IMG/VR virus record: IMGVR_UViG_3300028610_001991
Length of the DNA: 64,000 bases
Strand: one strand, 5' to 3'
From: a virus
Both the position numbers and the translations under genes were made by a program. Below, piece by piece: positions 62,401-64,000 of the stretch; within the stretch, counting starts at the first letter, position 1; every line of letters begins with the position of its first letter. Under the pieces are notes generated by a model. It saw only the letters and a list, made by a program, of their open reading frames with translations. It was not told where the DNA came from and did no database searches.

Positions 62401-64000
62401 AGCTGCTGGTCGTGCTTCTGGTTTACGTTTATCTGAAGGTGGACAGTTAGGCCATGCTGTTGCCGCTGCGGGTGAAGTAGCTGCAACATTACATCCAGGT
62501 GAGATAGTTGTACCGGCTCATCTTGCAGGGGGAGTGCCGTATAATATTGTAAATAAGTTACCGGTTTATGACGGGTTTTCTTCCGGTGTACGTATGCAGG
62601 GCGGAGGTAGTATAGGGGGGGTTACTGAAGTTAAAAGTGAATTAGATAAATCTTTTGCTAAGTTAGTGATAGGTTTTAAAGCAGCTGCATTGAACATGGA
62701 AGTATCAGATAAGGTTTTTAGACAGAATTTGGAAGCTCAACGGAGTACTAACAGGAGCATGGAAGATGTAGGCAGGAACATGGAGGTAGTAAGTAAGGGT
62801 TATAAAAAAAGAGCTGCTGTTTCTGCTTCTCCTGAGGATAGTAGGAGTAGTGCTATACGCATAGATACAGACAGTATGGTTTCTAAAGGCAGTGTAGGTG
62901 GAGGAGGAGCTTCTCTAGAGATAGGTATGGTTAAAGCTACAGATGTTATAAAAGGATTTAATACTATTCTAAGTAAACAGGAAGACAAAGTTAAGGAGTT
63001 AACAGACGCTTATACAAAACTTAAACAAGAAACAGGCGATCTTAAAACAGCTTCTAAAGAGGCGAAGGAGGCATTAGCAAAAGCTGATTGGGAGAAAGCT
63101 ATTAATCAAGTTGGATTAGGTTTATTGCATGCGACTGAATTTGTTGCTAAGAAGGCTGAGCCTGTGCTTGTGGGTGGTTTTCAGGCAATAGTAGCCGGTA
63201 TGAGCGGAAGTGCTGAAGTGTTAGCTATGGCTAGAGAAAAGTTAGGGGTAGAAATGGGTAAGCGTGAAAAGCAAGTTAGAGAAGAATTAGCAGGGAAAGC
63301 TGTAAAGAAAGAGGAAAAGAAACAAGTAACAAGAAGAGCTACTGAAATAACAGAAACAATAGGTATTCAAAAAGCCTCCGGAATAAAAATGCATTTAGGA
63401 AAGGCAGAAGGGGAGCGAAAAGACATAAGCCTATCAGCAGAAGACATGGTAAAGACAGTAATGCTAAGTACAGAGGACTATGCAAATGCCTTGTCTAATT
63501 TAAGAGACCCCGACACTGTAGATGCCCTGAATGCTTTACAAATTCAAATGATAGGGGTTAGCGATAAAGCTTACAAAACAGCAGAGGCTGAACTTGTGAA
63601 TGCTAAGGCTAAAAAAGAAGCTGAAACAGCGACTCAGAAAGCTAGTGAAAAACAGTTAGAAGCTGCGAAAAAAAGTGATGCTTTTGGAAAAGCTATGGGA
63701 ACGGTTATTGCAACGCTGGAGGTTGGTATAGGTCAGCAAATGATGAAGGATTTTAAAACATTAGCAGAAGATATAAGTTTAACAATCGGCGGAATAACAC
63801 TTCAAGGGACAGGTAAGACAACAGGTACCCGAATGAAAGAAGCCGGATTAGAAGACTTTCAGATGAAGACTGCTGCAGATAGGCCAGAAGTGCAAGAATC
63901 TGTTTCTGGAGGAGGTGCGGTTGGTGCGGTTGTAGGTAAGCAGCTAGGTACTACTGCGGGTGCAGCTCTAGGGGCTGCATTAGGTGGTCCTGCAGGAGCT
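47459..64000 (+). CDS. giant tail tape-measure protein (>5,514 aa, 3' partial)
   Basis: ATG 47459 directly after the upstream TAA; no stop seen in the segments I translated, and the track lists no ORF in this frame; TP901-type tape-measure core at about 54290-55100 (EF.RQG..., DAWN.VAN..AVT..DL..AM..AG..A...GL.FEEL.G). Confidence 0.9.
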   Translation, partial: MPEELIRIDLTEMSELRDLVQSLRGIKDVFLTFSKAVSTPSGGKATVGEISIKNLIKKFDQEFSAFTKKFGEGAKEFKVKGIDEARRKIQGFSGSIGKMVQAVGEIDKSIKSITAASLKLKKSPELKKARDTLEKELNNIFTKYMSLNVDDVIRTAEKTGKKLNDYFKTINDRLAETGKGIEKQIQDLPKPKAKVTKGSQGVVGKAKEGIKKIEEKEQTYISELDERVTGTLDVLHKRSIDQIDALIKEVRGTTPAGATARFAEAGRTGVLKTISAIKKGIQISQKGLTKLVDKALNLQKLNEVIGRSTKQVQRLENEIKNIERTIQPEEAEGIIARRERWITALNNQIKKFTEARTTVWNEISKKLSSAAIGDVKEFAKLLETINDIRFYSRLTRRLERRGISPESLNRVRTTFGAFEFEGKFYENINLITKGLIATAKTSVEEVGFAISEQIGQYGKTVTKLRLGFTRGRAPREMFKVTEAISGITRGLGGLPGAKFGKVSAGAKEDVVGKLLNSIAMQVAQRAKSEVSVSGMAVSGLDVEKAADEIATAIITPFSGYLLAKRPEIGKAVIPSGRPDLMKLDDLARYMVREAMPTAMRKKFQVTISKFFEQAGDIGRIKTEFMRVMGMVGPAETAGASYEGYIREMEAQAKLFIDQQEYTREFAPTIQAAIDAYISGGSQVFERVVNLLKIRTQKFLVEIIKLIQNRVQLPIAEAMAKYRKEVQQRFVEMLVAGFRKEQGKVQKLASGRAMQSGLISGASATEEQWTAPSAFSITTPGQTPKIERELRSMIFNLMSYSLRGKSLKGTRFISDFVPKILKETEAAEVGMPGKQLITTQALIERIKTSKGEDAEQAKRLIEQVTVLPEEEFKRFKFIAETLKLYITKKGEFTKRGQEMMKRVMGNARRLTRGGGISTQYQSFLKVMFEEVLNIERESVFAQMIDPAQMEAFLSHEKVASQKLVANIVSRIERFPKGKMKTGLLTYADMKERQRKIAEEKLKRVGDIIKKYTAIGFSPTLIRRLIATTEKEQEVFDREVVALENVIKRGGAVAYEYFPTQQIVEKHRQEALAIRGLEEAENVSNKRLQRAFQKISKVFQEGAGFKEIRQMISDVYKRGDRETVSRYDKAITALSSIHKENIQNVGKILIPAIVQFFVGDMENLEQVLRTLALISGGAATAERYGNIRSLVGEFLGISRKEYGRLDKSLKSGNKQAVKAVRDRLVTLFTPKIMDLGKSLEDFYIQMSADLANLVTTNLVSWFTAQKEGLGKTFGAIAMRVRQLGRMRVKGETIGMIEPSGFLPGTTGEIPIETIRQEQRLLGARGRKPTGEVPVSYAPAVKGLDDILRELTEEFKLTKEAVSVLRAFMETKFSGREVVAIRGRAGVTTPGRGGPSAFGAFAGKDIEYGLQNIVKDYMKRLGYTVEGKAATTGTKIHDILEGVFLEYSKRIGTQMVTEQPVTTVGTREGAAAKTSLLGFGRIDILGIFKGYGEIFKALGAMPALVDIKTVTRLEAFDAEGFKTQISAYVEMFKVLVKMNPDKYPELQDALKLMGGREVTAVRNSIVNIQSIVKDITQLQAAALVIDREAFEAAIKKAGFKSIDQLRFLVLAGKITNEQVKRLITIVNQVGKVEVFGLKDLPDIERLMIPAYRAIVAFEQVNKVLGNISGEITKRFVEYKGRRVEHIDEALLAKNLRELGLPFIKDAEKLKRVAKEQKVSMGEVKDAIKRATVTVTSQVPEREFKDFYAQLKERLLTQLKTLTGFSNIKQYLGEYIGRQQIGGRAGVAALPAPGRVGVEKERVQVSAETAKMTGEEAKAYGNIIGSVETLTGKLKEKTGALEAEMAILKEEATIFVSITQTAESLVKYLRGTEKLSSVIKSASQVLSLFGLSEKEVGKVVKNLGKTVGKMEELKSATSKVKDTVEGTAQGFDRVNKSATDSSKTIDDMLGGMFNLGSGTASVEEKIKSMTSEAGRYATMMNSAVTFSKNESANREQIKAKLSDALSHIEKYEQLANRLSEHSKNNVDAAKAEFTARQRIAQIYERASEFGLRTESELAEKIDLRNKKQRDLSRQANEYFTQLGRIRTASADANIPLHERLESLREAIRALNQYADVVKSLSQVEGEGLATASRRQQFAMRRSQIGEALGGLQAEFKRGADPAGELTRHIGKQISQFNEEMLLSGRAYAQLTKESGGAIRENLNVIRKVTDQQGKQLLMVEGIATAQGKVTTQVKETASVYAGTVANQMKNIMARLAKWGSGAFLYFGVMRGARDAVRAITEMESAITSLRQVMNQSNTDFMAMSEQAYALAVSYATPIKDLMKTMLEFARQGLNQEEVIEASRVATLAANVTVLNATLAMDTLTAATRQYNISAMDSIKVLDAWNLVANRNAVTAKDLGGAMKQAGSIAKLMGLGFEELTGIMAALQETTRRGGPTIGRAIRFMLVHLRTDETEKALTDLGISIRKTAGEYRTASSVFKEVAERWRELTSAQKYQVSYAIGHVRFGAFVAAMFENWAKVTKATTEATYAHGSAMAENEIAMQAFKKQVTGLRNEWEAFIYSFGRTGILGILRGFLSIGKGILGVFDKLPGVIKTTISVLGTSAVLFMGLSRFLRWYFSIDLSDVIRRWGLRAAGKEAAKTIGFLKNVSSVAIGKNISETETLAMAQNTVTGSVQGTNVLYTTSLGLLNSMTLATRELAVAQGLVTGGTTKVAMQTLPSTLVMQRGRLAPTSARTIKESVAVAGTGAAVKRSLFQKSTFRETFRAARVSGKATGNRWGNAFMAATWLRVKGLGKGSFWKGLGLALTKVGGTLAGFLTSPLGIVAAAIAGTTAALWGFRKVTDNTSKIIIEKNKKLINELQQSLNEAKIAIVSYTTALENIATGARVDLSAIEREKKLRSDIASRFPGLVKGYTDYGDAILESSNRVGVLKKRMEELATVKAVELIGIQLEEVSVILRDLSDPRVGRNILTYLPASLGLLDSTIDKLRKNIKEYNNLREAYNEAFKRGYDVTTIRKNMGEIAEEIREGTKVVNTSFIQAENRMRSIAKMGGTAAVEAIGRALQTNSSNLEIYITSIVQSLGTEDVLKGFRAFFVKTFGPDLGTIIKDSVRNIPLPALKESAEAISKAISDSLLTNIDVKGSTRKAVRKIVKDLEDAIRGEDYQEALLSAMEGIYEIRGKLSDNAVQKLTSKMGEFAIVFAKKIEGDAKEHRKMFIKTTEGYAIIDEEAIANIFGGKDIDLELIKKKKEFIMKYKKSGDVIDMIEEMQREKGKWEGDTYVIKVGIKPDEVYFNKLKVAMDAVKGYSAYLKVMDQYLTGISATEKNRVSMMKDAYSIGTKSAKEYANILDALEIKIKKNLSRFGGLMGAGPEFKREMLDITRLRAEAELTVNKYNQWRSLKNRMLADPAAFQKDTHAVRTFKNLIGDIQASYKTLPREAQEMYRGVFKDIDKVLIDEDQVEKNKEKILGAIRDIADKAKYKGVLTFETIDTRVFDKAIDEIYKKFRDTSALTSKDVESIINKIPIDTGAVINAEIDNMRKKINTMKKEQFPGLFGTISESDINYFKQLNTLYGELEKKRRTAKVLGKALPFIPKKTDLDAVSKSLDSLIKEHGARLASGVSVDISKSVLPRLKKELEAVQLMKMEFKLDEAQAAKQAVGAAELFKSAFTRELHERVGEEAGGKLALGTVKGLQRGLTVLGGTNFYRLLAGTMKIDKVANQLIRSGQKAFEKASRGRGGTDTMTAILGLTQQNIGEALRTANLGGVAINAASQIWDEYLSRARDGSTESIAVFTETIKAFSKAAGNTTGEMLDNITKQMEEGMRPDVAFMDMVKSLGLAPEDLRLIQQQSTKMLSTITAIQKGMGDAASDYSKSLTESGKKSRLEIVSLLSESLNIAKYYEKRRDEAIKDMKEYVTTLVSYSKELTSGVGVSFAEFSEKMGGHLGGIRKMLNIFSKSTEAEVRGWAKALKEILGRKFVEAFTGFNIQAIKQSINAIRDALATEEFEETGYAGMTALASQIKKLGIALAKTAIKFPEVKTWGKMVKEAFDKKTVAEAEAMGKALIKLGNETDELRKRRDYLKKGPPAGAKVIFFDPASVNELDEQIKQNEIRYTRLKTQLVAGSTAMKSYFEDTSKEFNELFRVLGYTDKQIKVSDKNLQALGLTGIRAAYAVIQQQISWIKMNKSLSDFVTVADLYTDIGLVNRIGELTPVISATEEVLTALKKEYISNTEKLREYTEQTEDFIKVQERQKIIVETVKDVENWRERLVGFESMRSSYSDLNKSLNLLDAQTKVYQSSLDSVSKTADYFKTTIDKLIESSLRSGEWGWDKVPPLIKSSISQLESYYSELLALQRQQDVIYNQVDRLGDAWVDALHAPDEEQTLLKSITDSFKQLRRDASRNFIQPVLDDWKNLFAGTVPIKDIQVDASAEIKFIVAEIKRLEENIRSEKGVFEEVFLGDLKKALGILNENDTIQALNSMSKVINNILLGKGGVVSAPVPLKKASGVVLTAAQGVVDGRSGGQLGHAVAKEGSVLAELHPGEIVVPARLAGGVPSYITNQLPVYDGFSSGIRMAEGGVLTEEENLKKAKQVADSLFNKGLFLEAVSAYRGILKVRPNDRDVNLNLNRLLSQNAFSDPSIKLEREKDIAKHPEIEEKIKEANLLYRSQEYKKALDIFTGIRFKYKDIEQDSKWLTYGFIERIKTFIEYNKPGDVAGLIKEKPELGKALDPRDMNLEDVELLARSSSSKKELKSILSEIPLDNHNVRLGMESLIKEKSYFYKLFERLKKWGAVRSEVSFAKEMMKSLNKEAVVDYLGIEKFKRYFPKIPITSKQFASGIRMVEGGQLPLPRAAVRGRFTQEEKEKQAENRWKVMAKIASAAWKLGGKGVTGFMGLISSALKKEITLPEMNNQLTKDQLEMRDAIMRGFGGKYKTADTKTDLNFWKDVYRGLGIMGKGLSTGWKGFIKFIKDHMSLKEIYLGARAQQGQPTALDIAAGRASGLRLSEGGQLGHAVAAAGEVAATLHPGEIVVPAHLAGGVPYNIVNKLPVYDGFSSGVRMQGGGSIGGVTEVKSELDKSFAKLVIGFKAAALNMEVSDKVFRQNLEAQRSTNRSMEDVGRNMEVVSKGYKKRAAVSASPEDSRSSAIRIDTDSMVSKGSVGGGGASLEIGMVKATDVIKGFNTILSKQEDKVKELTDAYTKLKQETGDLKTASKEAKEALAKADWEKAINQVGLGLLHATEFVAKKAEPVLVGGFQAIVAGMSGSAEVLAMAREKLGVEMGKREKQVREELAGKAVKKEEKKQVTRRATEITETIGIQKASGIKMHLGKAEGERKDISLSAEDMVKTVMLSTEDYANALSNLRDPDTVDALNALQIQMIGVSDKAYKTAEAELVNAKAKKEAETATQKASEKQLEAAKKSDAFGKAMGTVIATLEVGIGQQMMKDFKTLAEDISLTIGGITLQGTGKTTGTRMKEAGLEDFQMKTAADRPEVQESVSGGGAVGAVVGKQLGTTAGAALGAALGGPAGA

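Noticed and set aside
48394-62988. Ten minus-strand track ORFs in the last 16 kb
   Set aside because: All are antisense to the continuous TMP frame and have the Ser/Leu/Phe/Ile-rich composition typical of shadows
1-64000. Stop-codon recoding (alternative genetic code)
   Set aside because: Core genes and the 5,500-codon TMP are intact under code 11 and abut tightly

Overview
This 64-kb window comes from a large, AT-rich, tailed dsDNA phage (Caudoviricetes). The host is probably bacterial, given sigma70-type TTGACA-17-TATAAT promoters and AGGAGG ribosome-binding sites. Layout: (1-2.8 kb) small minus-strand genes; (2.9-3.4 kb) a repeat-rich divergence point; (3.4-12.9 kb) plus-strand small and accessory genes, including an AdoMet-decarboxylase-like, a dihydroorotate-dehydrogenase-like, a DUF3326 and a J-domain protein, ending in a self-contained sRNA; (12.9-18.1 kb) a minus-strand block with a PD-(D/E)XK exonuclease, a membrane-anchored lytic transglycosylase, ParB and a very acidic protein; (18.7-19.3 kb) a palindrome/hairpin-rich non-coding region; (19.3-27 kb) tail-fibre and beta-helix genes plus membrane genes; (27-31 kb) an actin-like ATPase and an intact IscB/omegaRNA element; (31.7-47.5 kb) terminase, portal, protease/scaffold, capsid, neck, tail tube and chaperones, with no tail sheath recognised. 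The last 16.5 kb is one open frame missing from the ORF track because it has no stop in the window. It encodes a tape-measure protein of more than 5,514 aa, with an embedded RecB/Cas4-type nuclease motif set and repeat-bounded C-terminal cassettes. All family assignments come from reading motifs by eye; no database search was run.
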